NCBI RefSeq assembly: GCF_009914755.1
Contig: NC_060931.1
Strand: one strand, 5' to 3'
Length of the DNA stretch: 64,000 nt
Source: the human T2T-CHM13v2.0 reference genome, Homo sapiens
In this document: in pieces, positions 40,655 to 57,662 of the stretch
Layout: each line of letters begins with the position of its first letter
Position numbering within the stretch: position 1 is the first letter of the stretch
Position numbers and translations under genes: made by a program
The notes under the pieces: generated by a model
The model's database searches: none
Told to the model about the DNA's origin: nothing
What the model saw: the letters and a program-made list of their open reading frames with translations, nothing else

Positions 40655-40880
40655 AAACAGTGGGTGCAATGGAAAGAGTGGAGACTGATCTGGGTCTGAA
40701 ACCCAGCACAGCCACATCCTGGCCATGACTTTGGGCAAGTAATTTATCCTCTGTCGGCCTCAATGAGTAAAGTAGGAGTAGAAAATATGTTTCTTGGGAG
40801 TATTAAATGTTAGACTAAAAGCTATGCAAGGTGAGCCTTTCACAGGGAAGATGTTCAACAAATACTTGTGCAATGATAAT
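40655..40880 (+). mobile_element. MIR
   Basis: GATCTGGGTCTGAAACCCAGC...GACTTTGGGCAAGTAATTTATCCTCT. Confidence 0.7.
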
Positions 40881-41708
40881 ATAATTTAAAAGTTAGAAAA
40901 ATAGGCTGTGAGGGAAGTGTAGGCAATGGGAGCACTTAGGACTGGAGTGAGGGAGGGCTGTGAGGAAGAATCAGCTTGGCAGACGAATTTCTAGGGCACA
41001 TCTGATTCCACCCAGGAGGCTCACTTTGCTGCTGCAAAAACCCCGGAAGTGTGGAGCCCCCAATGCTGATTCATCTGAGAAATCGTCCCTGACTATCCTG
41101 CCCTTGTAGAGCAGGGAATTTTTTTTCCCCTCTCTGCTCCTGCAGCACTTTGTGGCTTTTTAATGAATTTATCACATTATAAAATCTTTTAAAAATTGAT
41201 AGCTGGATTCCTCACATGCCTGTGAATTTCTCTAGGGTAGGGATAACACCACACTCATCATTGTATCCTCAGAGGTGCCCAGCCCGGTTTGTTAGACGTC
41301 GGGGTAGATGGATATGTCCATGTATGGTGCACATTATCATCAGTGCAAATAAAGCTTTGCTGACTCAGAATGTTTGGAGGCGTGAGGATTTGTGTGTGGG
41401 TTTCTTTTTGCAGGAGTTGCTGGGGAGAGACTGTGGTGTAGCAGAAAGAAGGAAGGACAGACTCTAGAATGGAGAGATGCTATGTTCTGATTAGTTAAAT
41501 TTTCTCTACATTTAAAGTATACACAAATATCCCTTTTGGTTTCAGCCCTCATTCAATGTTTATGAAAATCCACAGGCATTCAATACTTCTTAAACTTTTC
41601 CACTGCAAAATACCCCAAGGCAAAGGGGAGTGACCACCAGCCTGACTGGGGTTGGGAAAAGTAGGGGCTGGGGTCAAAACCTGAAATTGTCTGCAGCACA
41701 CCCACAAT

Positions 41709-42003
<295 letters not shown>

Positions 42004-42167
42004 GCTTCATTTAATCTTTAAAATTCATGAACATGTTGCATTAAACATTATGATGAACTACATCCATTAATAATTCATTCCATCATCAATAATGACCCTC
42101 TCCTTCCTGAATCTCTTTACTAGCCAGACTAGATGTTGACGTTTCATTCATAAAAAATAAGCATGTT

Positions 42168-42480
<313 letters not shown>

Positions 42481-42728
42481 TCAAATACCTTCAGGCAAGG
42501 GCAGCTTTATGTTCAACTTTGTTTTTATACCATACATATACATAATTTTCCTCTCTAAATCTCTGAAGAAAATTGAGCTTTAGGAAGATGTGCCATGTTT
42601 ATACCTTGACTTGGTTCTCCTCCTGACCTCTTCACTCCACACGGCCCCACAACCATGTAGCTCTTGGGGAGTGTGGGCCCAGGATTCCCAGGGCACGGTG
42701 TATTTTCCTACCGTAGTAAATGCAGGTA

Positions 42729-44252
42729 CAGTCATACACTGCAGAAGGCTGTTTCAGTCAATAATGGCCTCACATACAAAGGTAGTTCCAGAAGATTATA
42801 ATCAGGCTGAAAAATTCCTATCGCCTAGTGATGTCATAGCCATTGTATCCTCAAAGCACAATGCATCACTCCTGTGTTTGTGGTGACCCTTGGTATTAAC
42901 AAACCTATTGTGCTACCAGATACGTGAACGTCTACCACATACAATTATGTACAGTACATGACACTTGATGATAATAAATGACTATGTTATGGATTTATGT
43001 ATTTACTATACCTCTTATTATTTTACTGTGTACACCTTTTACTTATGAAAACACCCTCGGGCAGGTCCTTTAGGAGGTATTCTCGAAGAAGGCATTGTTC
43101 TCATAGGAGATGATAGCGCCATGAGTGTTATTGCCCCTGAAGGCTTTCCAGTGGGACAGGATGTGGAGGTGAAAGACACTGGTATTGATGATCTTGACCC
43201 TGTGGAGGCCTAGATGAATGTGCGTGTTTGTATCTTAGTTTTTAACAAATAAGTTTAAAAAGTTAAAAACAAAATTAAAAATAGATAAAAGCTTATAGAA
43301 TAAGGCTATAAAAAAGAAAATAGGCCTGGTGCACTGGTTCATACCTATAATCCCAGCACTTTGGGAGGCTGAGGTGGGCAGATTGCTTGAGCCCGGGGGT
43401 TCAAGACCAGTCTGGGCAACATGACAAAACCCCGTATCTACAGAAAATACAAAAGTTAGCCAGGCATGGTGGTGCACACTTGTGGTCTCAGCTACCTGGG
43501 AGGCTGAGGTGGGAGGATCAGCTGAGCCCAGGAGGTTGAGGCTGCAGTGAGCTGTGATTGCACTACTGCACCCAGCCTGAGTGACAGAGTAAGACCCTGT
43601 CTCCAAAAAAAAAAAAAAAAAAAAAAAAAGAAAATATTTTTGTGTAACTGTACAATGTGCTTGTGTTTTAAGCTAAATGTTATTACAAATGAATTGAAAA
43701 TTAAAAAATTAAAAAGTTTATAAAGTCAAAAAATTACAGTTAGCTAAAGTTAATTTATTATTGAAGAAAGAAAAATATTTTTATAAATTTAACGTAGCCT
43801 GAGAGTACAGTGTTTATAAAGTCTGGAGTAGTGTTCTACTGTAGTACAGTACTATAGTAATGCCCTATGCCTTCACATTCACTCTCCACTAACTCACTGA
43901 CTTATCTAGAGCAACTTCCAGTCCTACAAGCTTCATTCACAGTGAGTGCCTTATACAAATGTATCATTTTTAAATCTTTTATACCATATTTTCCCTGTAC
44001 CTTTTCTACATTTAGCTATGTTTAGATACACAAATCCTTACCATTGTGTTACAGTTGCCTACAGTATTCAGTACAGTAACATGCTCAACAGGGTTGTAGC
44101 CAGGTACACTAGGCTATACCATATAACCTCAGTGTGTGGTAGGCTCTGCCATCTGTTTGTGTATGAGCACTCTATAATGTTTGCACAATGATGAAATCAT
44201 CTAGTGATACATTTTATAGAACATATCCCCATCATTAAATGATGCATGACTG
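42729..44252 (+). mobile_element. Tigger3b/MER7B DNA transposon interrupted by an AluJ (43323-43629)
   Basis: TA|CAGTCAT...ATGACTG|TA termini; GGCAGGTCCTTTAGGAGGTATT..GAAGAAGGCATTGTT internal motif. Confidence 0.88.
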
Positions 44253-44760
44253 TATTTGAAAAGTTAGGATATTATATCTCTAGATGACTAGTTCTCCCTG
44301 TTGGAGACTTTTCACATATGAGGCCCAACTACAGAAATGAAACTAATAGGCCTACATGAATCTTGGGGAAATCCATCTCTTTGCTTTATATTATATGGCT
44401 ATGGGTTGCATCAGTATTGATTCCATCTTCTTAGAAAGATGTTGCTTGACATGGGCCATAAACCTTCTGACTTGTAATTTTTATTACTTTTCTTTTTTTC
44501 TCTTAAGACATCAAGGAGAGAAATTGGCCAATTAGAAGTTTTAGGTGGTCAAGGGCAGAGAACTTATGTCATGGAAGCAGAATTTGTCATTGAGAAACCC
44601 TTTCTGTCTATCCCAGTTCATACCCTTGGTACCACCAGGAAATAAAGGAGGATAGAAAGGAAACTACTTTGTTGAGGATCGATGCAAGGTATCATAGACC
44701 TGGGAAGGAGCCTCGAGTCCTTTGGCTCCCTTTATCACTTTTATGAGCAGAATGAAATAG

Positions 44761-45183
<423 letters not shown>

Positions 45184-46051
45184 TTATCATACTAACCTAT
45201 AAGAGCTGCTTGTGTCCAGTGAAAGGAAATACCACATCTTATTAGGAGCTACATACTAGGGTTGCCTAACTCGTGAATATGTAAAACTCTAGCCACATGC
45301 ATGGGGGTATCGAATAAGCCTACTCTGGAAGTCTGCTTAACCATATCTAGAATTGACATTGGGTTGTCTAATTTGTATATACATAAAAACTACAGCTAAA
45401 ACCAATCCTTTGGGGTTGCTTAGTTTACATATACATAAGATTTACAATCATATGGTTGGGGTAACAGAAACAGTATATATATACAGAACCAGGACAACCA
45501 AGAGGTGTCCATTAATTATAAGATCTCAAACGTTCATACCTTCATGATACTTGCTCCTGCTGCAGGGATACATTGTTTCCATCCCCTTGCCTGAGCTGGG
45601 AGGGTGAGCCTCTGGAGAAAGATTTTTGATTTTGCTCTAATGAGAGCCCTCCTACTGAATCCAACCCCCAGTGAGAGCCTAGGCACCTGTGGATTGGTGA
45701 GGGCACACATCCATACCTACAGGGTGATAGTGCACAATCATGGATCCCACCTATAGGTTACTACTGTGGCCTTCTACTCCTACCCCAAAGACATGGTGTA
45801 TGTATATTAACAGGAAGGCCTAGTTTAGATGTCAGGTAATTTTATACTGGATTATCTTTTGCTGTGTTCAATAATTTTATAATAAATAGAAATAGTTTGA
45901 AAAGGCTACATCTAGTAGGTTTCTACATCATTGCATCAAAACCAGTGGAATAGATGAAGGAGGGTCACTGCAGGTCTTAGATCCCCCTAACTTTGATATG
46001 ATGTTTCTCAGGTCTCATTCAGGATTTTTTTTCTAAATCTAAAAGATTTAG

Positions 46052-46448
<397 letters not shown>

Positions 46449-46499
46449 GTGAGCCACCATGCAGAGCCTCTTTCTATCGCTCTTCTTTCTTTTCTTTCA

Positions 46500-48289
<1,790 letters not shown>

Positions 48290-49029
48290 TCAATTAAAAG
48301 CATTGCCTGAACCCAGGTGAAGCTCCCACTCACCCACTCTGCTGGCTTCACACAGGGCTTTGCTGTTCTGAAGGAGTTGTGAATCTAGTGAGGTCATCTT
48401 CAATGGAAACTTTACATTTATACTTGGCTATTTTGTTATTTTATTCAAATACATCTAGTGGATATTAACAAAAGAGGTTTCATAACCAAAGGCTCAGTGC
48501 AGGAAATGAGGGGGAAGGTGGAGTGCGTGGGGAGGGAGGTGATGGGAGCCAGTGCAGATGTGTGTCTGACTCTTGCTCAGCACCCTTTTCCCCTTGTACT
48601 GCCACTTCATCAGGGGGTCCCTTCCACCTCACCCCCAGTTGTGCTCTCTCTCTGATCCTGGGGGAAAACATGCCACTATTAGCACATTTGTCCTAAGAGT
48701 GTTTCTGTCAAACTCAGGAGAGAACGGTTTTGGCTGTAACGATGAAGAGTGGGCAAGGAACAGGCAAACCCACTTTAAACATGGGTGGGCCTTCTTTTCT
48801 TTCCCCACTTTCCCTTGGTTGGACATTTGGGAAGTAGCTGTCCAAATCCAAAATGGCAGCTCTCCCAGCTTTCCAGACGGAAGGGGTGGGAAGTAGAGAG
48901 GGGCTGGGGGAGTGGAGTGTGGCTTGTGAAGAAGATCCCGGGGAAGAGCTGGACTGCACAATGTTGATGAGGGTTGGAGTGTTGCCTACGTCAAACCATT
49001 GCTGCCCTGTGACATCCGATCCAGGTTGT

Positions 49030-49411
49030 AAGTTATGTTCGTTCATTCCCCCACTGCTATAAAGAAATAGCTGAGACTGGGTAATTTATAAAGAAAAGAG
49101 GTGTAATTGGCTCATGGTTCCACAGGCTGCACAGGTAGCATGGCTGGGGAGGTCTCAGGAAGCTTTCAATCTTGGTGGAAGGTGAAGGGGAAGCAGACAT
49201 ATCTTACGTGACCAGAGCAGAAGAGAGAGGGCGTGGGGGGGAGGTGCCACACACTTTTAAAACAACCAGATCTGGTGAGAACTCACTATCACAAGAACAG
49301 CAAAGGGGACATGCACCCCCATGATCCAATCATCTCCCACCAGGCCCCTCCTCCAACATGGGAGATTACAATTAAACATGAGATGTGGGGACACAAATCC
49401 AAACCACATCA
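49030..49411 (-). mobile_element. MSTA solo LTR
   Basis: CTGCTATAAAGAAATAGCTGAGACTGGGTAATTTATAAAG...GGGACACAAATCCAAACCACATCA. Confidence 0.85.
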
Positions 49412-49630
49412 TAATGCTTCTTCAGGGATCCTGACAGCCTTGCTCCTAACACCCCATAGCTCCTCTTCTCTCCTCCATGCATTACTGTGAGAGGGCTTTG
49501 CTGTCCGGTTCTTGCCCTCTGAGAATATGACATTTTTGGTGTAACAGTGGATGCTGTGTATTATCCATTTTTCCAGAGGGACTAAGTTGTACTTCTCTTT
49601 TCCTTGATCCCAGTTTCTAGGAGCTAATAC

Positions 49631-50554
49631 TGTGTCCAGAATTGGTGGGTTCTTGGTCTCACTGACTTCAAGAATGACGCCGTGGACCCTCGCGGTGAGT
49701 GTTACAGTTCTTAAAGGCGGCGTGTCCGGAGTTTGTTCCTTCTGATGTTCGGATGTGTTCAGAGTTTCTTCCTTCTGGTGGGGTTCGTGGTCTCGCTGGC
49801 TCAGGAGTGAAGCTGCGGACCTTCGCTGTGAGTGTTACAGCTCTTAAGGCGGCGCGTCTGAAGTTGTTTGTTCCTCCGGGTGGGTTCGTGGTCTCACTGG
49901 CTTCAGGAGTGAAGCTGCAGACCTTCGCTGTGAGTGTTACAGCTCATAAAGGCAGTGTGGACCCAAAGAGTGAGCAGCAGCAAGATTTATTGCAAAGAGC
50001 GAAAGAACAAAGCTTCCACAGTGTGGCGTGGCGGCGTGGGGGGGGGGGGATTGGGGTGTTGGGGGGAGTTGTGGGGGGGATTGGGCTGGTGAGACCCAGG
50101 CGTGGCGGGCTATAGGTCCTGAGCCCTGCCCCTCGGGGAGGCAGCTAAGGCCCAGTGAGAAATCGAGCACACAGCCAGTGGGCCAGCACTGCTGGGGGAC
50201 CTGGTGTACCCTCTGCAGCTGCTGGCCCAGGTGCTAAGCCCCTCACTGCCCGGGGCCGGTGGGGCCGGCGGGCCGGCGGCTCCAAGTGCGGGGCCGCCAA
50301 GCCCACGCCCACCCGGAACTCTAGCTGGCCCGCAAGCGCCACGCGCAGCCCTGGTTCCGCCCGTGCCTTTTCCTCCATGCCTCCCCGCAAGCCGAGGGAG
50401 CCGGCTCCGGCCTCGGCCAGCCCAGAGAAGGGCTCCCATGGTCCAGCGGCGGGCTGAAGGGCTCCTCAAGCACGGCCAGAATGGGTGCCGAGGCCGAGGA
50501 GGCACCGAGAGCGAGTGAGGGCCACGAGGGCTGCCAGCATGCTGTCACCTCTCA
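49631..50554 (-). mobile_element. LTR12C-type ERV9 solo LTR with internal deletion
   Basis: Termini TGAGAGGTGACAGC...TCTGGACACA, perfect 4-bp TSD ATAC (49627-49630, 50555-50558), CpG-rich U3 part and no CCAAT repeat array. Confidence 0.93.
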
Positions 50555-52831
50555 ATACCTCTCCTGGCTTCCGGGACCTTAAAGCTGTCCATAACCAAGG
50601 TGAGGACAGTGAGCAGAAATAGAATGGAAGATGCCTGCATGTGTTCTGTGGGTCCATATATGTGTGTATAAATGCCCAGAAAAAGGTCTGGAAGGTTACA
50701 CATAAAGCTGATAACAGTGGTTACTTTTGTAGAGGCAGGAAAAGAACCACAATTGGGGCTATCAAAGGGGATGTTAGCCTAGCATTTAGATTTTTATAAG
50801 GAGCATGTATTAATGTATTGCTTATATAACTAAATGTATAATTAAAATTAATTTGCAATTCCAGACCTGAAAAAAAAATTGGAAAGGATGAGGCTGCTGC
50901 ATTTGGGATCTGAGCTGAGGACTCAAGAGATGGGAGAGAGTAATGAGTCTAAGGTGAAGACTGGGCTGGGGAGTTGTGACAAACAGCTAATAAGGGAAGG
51001 GTCAGATCAGGATGGCTTTGAATGTTAGGCAGAAGTAAGCCTTGTTTTTGTTGATATTTTAATATTTGGGGCAGAGGAATCATGCCAAATATTTGTGAAT
51101 AAAATAAATATATAATTTAATAAATTAGTATTGACTTGGTTTAGAAAAAGAAATTATTAGGTGATTGTGGAATTTGGATTGTGTCCAAACTATTAACACA
51201 TAGTGTATATCTCAAGCAGGACATTTTGGGTTTAAGGATTTACGTTGTGTGTTCTTTACCCCCAGCTCTTTAGTAGCTGGTGATTGACAGCATGTCAGGA
51301 GAAATTTTGGCCCCAGATAATCCTAAAATGACCACAGTGTGGTGTTCCCCAAGCTGAGTTCCGTGGAACACTAGTCCTTGAGAGAGACAGGGCTGCGTGA
51401 TCAAATCTGGTTGGGAAGGGCAGACTACCACACTTCCCTCTTGAAGGGCCACAGTGTATTTTGGAATGGTAAAGCCTCTGAGAAGTGCTACAAGAAAGAA
51501 GTTCAGTAGTCAGGTGAGCTTCAGAGGAGTATGATTAGTGGCTCAACAATGACATCAAGAATTCATCCCAGATATTTCCACATCAATTTCAAACTGAAGA
51601 TGGTTCTTTTTATGGTCACAAGAGGGCTGCCACTGACAAGTAGGGCCTCATGCTTCCTTATTCACGTCCGGAAGAGGGAAGGGAGAGTGAGAAAAAAACT
51701 GCTTTTCCAACTGTCTTTCCCTTCAGTTTGATTGGGCCAACTTAAGTCATGATAGTCACCGGGAGACTGCTAGGTACTGATTTACTCACACTAATCAGAT
51801 CCACCGCTTGAAAGCTGGGAATGGAGTTAGCTTCCCTGAAGAACATGACTGTGTGGAGCAGGAGTGAATTTTTGGGGAAAAAAAAGGTAAGGATCCTGTT
51901 AGGAAAAAGGAAAGGTGGATGAGAGTATGCAACGCAATGCATTCAGTGCTGAGAGATGCAGTCTGTAGCAGGCAGACATAGCGGATGAAACTAGGAGCCC
52001 CAAGTGTGTGGAAGGCAGCAGGTGGCTGTGGCCTGAGGGAAGGGAGAGATGGTGCTAGCCAAGGACATCAAGATGGGCCTGAAGGCAAGGGTACCTGACA
52101 AAGACACTGGTTGCTGCTTTCAGTGGTGGCTCAGGACTTTATTTATACTTTTGAAACTATGAGGATTTATTTAAAATTCTGTCACGTATGGAATGGTTTA
52201 GAATTTTGGAGAATTTGAAAAAGAATTAAAATGCTGCTGAACTTTAAAGAGAACTAAATAAAGAACAAAGCAGCAGGAAGTGCTGCTTGTGGAATAAAGA
52301 TGGGGTCTTCTTCTCCTTGAGGGTGCCAGGCATGAAAAGTGCCAAATGGCAATTTATTTTCTTTATATAAGTTTCTCCTGAAATATTTGTCTATCAAGGC
52401 TGTCAGACGTGAATGCAGTTGCAAAACGAGTGACTAACTTAATTTGAGAACTAAAAGTGTTTTCCTTATCTTTCTGCCTGTGACTCAACATAACTGTTTT
52501 CTCTAGGAATGAGCAAATGTTAGGTCAGAGCCCTTTGGCACCTGAGATACTGAACTCCTAACTCACCAAGTAAGATGCTTAAAAGTGTTTATTCTGAAAA
52601 CTGACATTTCAGCTCAGTCTCTTCTAGTGTGATATGGAAAACAGGTTGTGTTGCAGCAATTATCCAAATAGCAGATAGCAACTGTATACTTGTGCAGTTA
52701 CTCATATTCTATATACATTAGGATACACATGATTAGAACGAGTATGTACGTAAATATATTAATGTATAGAGAAGGGTTGGTGAATTGGTGGGGAAGAATT
52801 TTCTTTATGGCTGTAGTTGTACCTCATTTTA

Positions 52832-53386
<555 letters not shown>

Positions 53387-53826
53387 TTAAACGTGAAAAA
53401 CCAGAAGAAGTCTTCAAATTTGTAGTAAATTTGGTAGGATAGCACTCTTCCTTGCTTACCAAATGCGTATCATTTTCAGGATATCTGTAAGCTAAGGAGA
53501 ATGTAGAAGGAATCAGAGATCACTATGTTTTGAGGCAGTGTTTCTACTCTACAAATGTAAAATTTAGTTCTTTCTAATGAAATGAGCATTAGCCTTCTCT
53601 ATATGGCTCCTCTTTAACTATAGACTTTAACAACTTGTTTGAACAGAGAATAAAGAAAAATGAAACCAGACATTAATGTAACAGAAGGACTTGAACTTTT
53701 GAAGTGATAAAGTTTGAAATAAACACATGAAGCTGATTAAATATTGAGAGGGGGGAAGTCAGTAAGTTAGAGCCTCCCAAGAACTTATTCTTATTTTGGG
53801 GAAGGTGAGGGTTGAAAGTGGAGGGA

Positions 53827-56693
53827 TGCTATGGTCTGAATGTTGTGTCTCCCCAAAATTCATGTTGAAATCTAATCTCCAATGCAATAGTATTAAGAGG
53901 TGGGGCCTTTAGGAGGTGATTATGTCATGAGGGCAGAACCCTCGTGAGTGAGATTAGTTCCCTTATAAAAGAGCCCAAGGGGGCTTATTCACCCCTTCTG
54001 CTATGTGAGGACACTAAGAAGCTGCCATGTATGAGGAATGGGTCCTTAGCTGACACTGAATCTGGTGGCATCTTGATTTTGAACTTCACAGCCTCCACAA
54101 CTGTGAGCAATACATTTCTGTTGTTTATAAATTATCCACTGTAATGTATTTTGTTATAGCAGCCTGAACAGACTAAGACAGAAATTTGTACCAAGAAGTG
54201 GGGTGTTGCTATAACAAATACCTACATGTGTGGAAGCAGCTTTGGAACTGGGTAGTGGGGAGGGGCTGGAAGAGTTTGGAGTTTGCATGCTAGAAAAAAC
54301 CTACATTGAAGTGAACAGGGCAGTAAGGGTGATTCTTATAAGGGCTCAGAAGAGATATGTAGAGAAAGCCTCCGTCTTCTTAGAGATTACCTAAGAGATC
54401 ATGCACAGAATGCTGGTAGAAATATGGATGGCAAAGGCCATTCTGATGAGGTCTCAGATGGAAATGAGGAACATCTTATTGGAAATTGGAAGAAAGGCAA
54501 TCTTTTTTATAAAGTGGCTGAGAACTTGGCTGAATTGAGTTTGTATTCTAGTATTTTGTGGAAGGTAGAACTTCTGAGTGAGAAGAAAGGATGTTTGGTA
54601 GGAGAAATACCTAAGCAAAGTGTTGAGGGTGTGGCATGGCTTCTCTATGTTAATAAAGTAAAATGTGAGAAGGGAGAAACAAATTAAAAATGAAATTTAT
54701 AATCAAAAGGAAAGAAGAACTTAAATATTTGGAAAATTGTCAACCTGGCCATGTTTTAAAAAATGAAAAAGAATGCTTTTCATTCTTTTGAAAAAATGAA
54801 ACAGTGTGGCCAAGTGACTATTTCATAAAGAGACTAGTAAGACGTGGTCAGACTAGAAGCCAGGTGTTATTCATCAAGGCAATGAAGAATGACCCCTGGG
54901 GCATTTCAGAGAGATCATCTGGGCTGCCACTCTACTCAAAAGCCCAGGGGGCCAAGGGACTGGGGGACAGACTAGATCAACTACAGTGATGCATCCCTTA
55001 ATGACAGGGATACATTCTGAGAAATGGGTCATTAGGTGATTTTATCATTGTATGGACATCATAGAATGTATTTACACAAACCTTGATGGTACAGCCTGCT
55101 ACACCTTGACTATATGGTATAGCCTATTGCTTTAGGCTACTAACCTGTACAGCATATTACTGTACTGAATATGTAGGGAGCTGTACCACAACAGTAAGTG
55201 TTTGTGTTTCTAAACATATTTAAATATAGAAAAAGTCCAATGTTCCTAACACAGAGAAGTGATAAATGCTTGAGTTGATGGATACTCCAGTTACTCTGAT
55301 GTGTTTATTACACAATATGTGGCTGTATCAAAACATCATGTGTACTCCATAAATATATATACATACTATGTATCCATAAAAATTAAAAATTAAAAAAGAA
55401 AGGGTACAGTAAAAATATAGTGTTATAATCTTATGGGACCACCATTGTGTATAGTTTGTCATTGACTGAAATGTCTTGTGCATGACATGTCAAAAGAGGG
55501 GCCTCTAGAGTCTGTGGGACCTCACAGCACAGTATTGCCTCAAGTCTTTGTTCCCTGCATTCTGGTGCAGTGCTTCTCAGCTAGCCCAGGTGTGGCTCCA
55601 GTGGGCCCAAGTGTGGTGCAGTCCACAGTGGCTGTCCCTTCGAGGACACAGGCAGTAAACCTTGGCGGTGTTTGTGAGGTGTCATCACCATGGATGCTCA
55701 GAGCGCATGAGCTGTGGGGTCATGGCTACCTCCACCTAGATTTCATAGGATGCTCTGGACAGCCTCAGAGCCCAGGCAGAGAAATGGTACAGGGGAGAAG
55801 ATATTGCAGAGACCCTACTATGACAATAGCTCATAAAGCCATGGGAGTGGGGCCATCCCTGAGACCCCAGAATGGTAGAACCACTGCTACTCCAGGCTGG
55901 GAGAACCACAGGCAGGAGACTCCAACCTGGGAAAGTTGTGTGTGCTGTGCCCAGCAAAGCCATGAGGGGTGGGGCTGCCCAGAGCCTTGGAGACCTAACC
56001 TTTTCCCCATTGTGTCCGGAAGTGGGGCATCTTTAAGGTTTAAGATTGTTCATCCTGTTGGGTTTTGAACTTACTTGGGATGAGCCACCCCTTTCTTCCT
56101 TCCTATTTCTATCTTTTGGAATGGGAATATCTATCCTGTGCCTGTCCCACCATTGTATTTTGTAAGCGTATAACTTCTGATTTCACAGATTCACAGCTGG
56201 AGAGAAATTTGCCTCAGGATGAATCATACCTTGAGTCTCACCCAAATCTAATTTAGATGATATTTAGATGAGACTTTGGACTTAGATTTTAGTTAATGCT
56301 GGAACCAGTTAAGACTTTGGGGACCATTGGGATGGAATAAATGTATTTTGCATGTGGGAAGGATATGGATTTTGGGGGCCAAGGTGGAATGTTCTGAATG
56401 TTTGTGTTCCTCCCCATGTTCATTTGTTGAAACCTAATCTCCAATGCAACATTAGTAAGAAGTGGGGCCTTGGAGAAGAAGAGAGGCTCATGGGAACTTG
56501 TTCACCCCTTCTGCCATATGAAGGCAGATAGAAGCTGCCATGTATGAGGAATGTGTCCTCTCCAGATACTGAATTTGCTGGCATCTTGATTTTAAACTTC
56601 CAAGCCTCTAGAACTGTGAGGAATGAACTAATATTGTTTATAAATTACCCAGTCTAAGGTATTCTGTTATAGCAGCCTGAACAGACTAAGACA
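53827..56693 (+). mobile_element. Two-LTR MaLR (MSTC/MSTD/MLT1A class): LTRs ~53827-54180 and ~56390-56693 plus internal region
   Basis: Both LTRs end GTTATAGCAGCCTGAACAGACTAAGACA. The internal region gives the MaLR-like ORF 54424-54687 (GHSDEVSDGNEEHLIGNWKKG). Confidence 0.85.
54984..55488 (-). mobile_element. Tigger3a/MER7A nested in the MaLR and itself interrupted by an L1MA 3' tip (~55236-55398)
   Basis: Similar to 46864-47220. The insert GATAAATGCTTGAGTTGATGGATACTCCAGTTAC...CCATAAAAATTAAAAATTAAAAAA is an L1MA-type terminus. Confidence 0.82.
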
Positions 56694-57662
56694 CAATTCA
56701 GCTATGAAAATATTCACCTCTCAAAATTCTGCTTTGTCTTTGTAAGGTCTGTGTATTGCAGACCTTATATATTCTCCAAAATGAAACTCTGTTGGAGTCT
56801 GTGAGGTGCTGTTACTAACAGAGTTTATTGTTTTCCTGGAGATATTGAGGCATAAAAATATGTTGACAGAGAGTGCTCCAAATATATAAACATTCTATTA
56901 GGGTCAGAGGGAAACAGAAAAATGTCTGTGTCTGTACTCGACTTTGAGATAGGACTAGGCCTTCTGTAATGGAATTAGATGGAATCGTTAATATTCTTTG
57001 AAACCTTGTGGGGTAGAAGCAAAGGCTTGGATGCAGGTTAGCAATAGTTATTTAAAGATTGTACCCTTTTTGTTTTCCTAGAGATGGAAGTCTGACTTGA
57101 CTTTTGGGGGCAGATTACTCCTATAACAACAACAGCAACACTTCAGTAGGCCTTCTGGTTATGTAAAGATAAACGCAAGAAACTATTCTGGAGAACAAAG
57201 GTTTAATGCAACCAGAAGCTAAACTGCTTCTGTTTAAAGTACATGTCTGCAGTAAACTGTGAAAGTTATCTTCAGTTGGGTGGAATAGAGGAATATTTCA
57301 GTTGGAAGTGGGGCATAAGATTTTTTTTTCCCTTAAGGAATTCTGGAATTCTCTTAGTAGGGGACTTAGTAACAGGCTGCAGGTCAGGGGCTAAAGAGAG
57401 AAGGTGATGCTCAGAGTTAGTGAGGCTTGGTCTATGGACTTGGTGCGGCTGTATTTGACATTCAGGCTGATGGTATCTGCTCAGTGCTGTAATGGCTTTT
57501 GTGGTGTCCAGCTCTCAGTGAGATTTTGTTTACTCTTCTTGCTTGGTTGCTGAGACAGCATTGACAAAGAGTCGGACCAGACAGCATTGATAGTGCCCTG
57601 GAAACAAATCTCAAGAGTGAGCAGGCAGAAACATGTATACTTCCTTTTCTGTCATTCCTGGG

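Noticed and set aside
50028-50657. CpG-island-like region with many P/A/G/R-rich ORFs suggesting a gene promoter or first exon
   Set aside because: The CpG-rich part lies within the LTR12C U3; GC richness explains the lack of stops.
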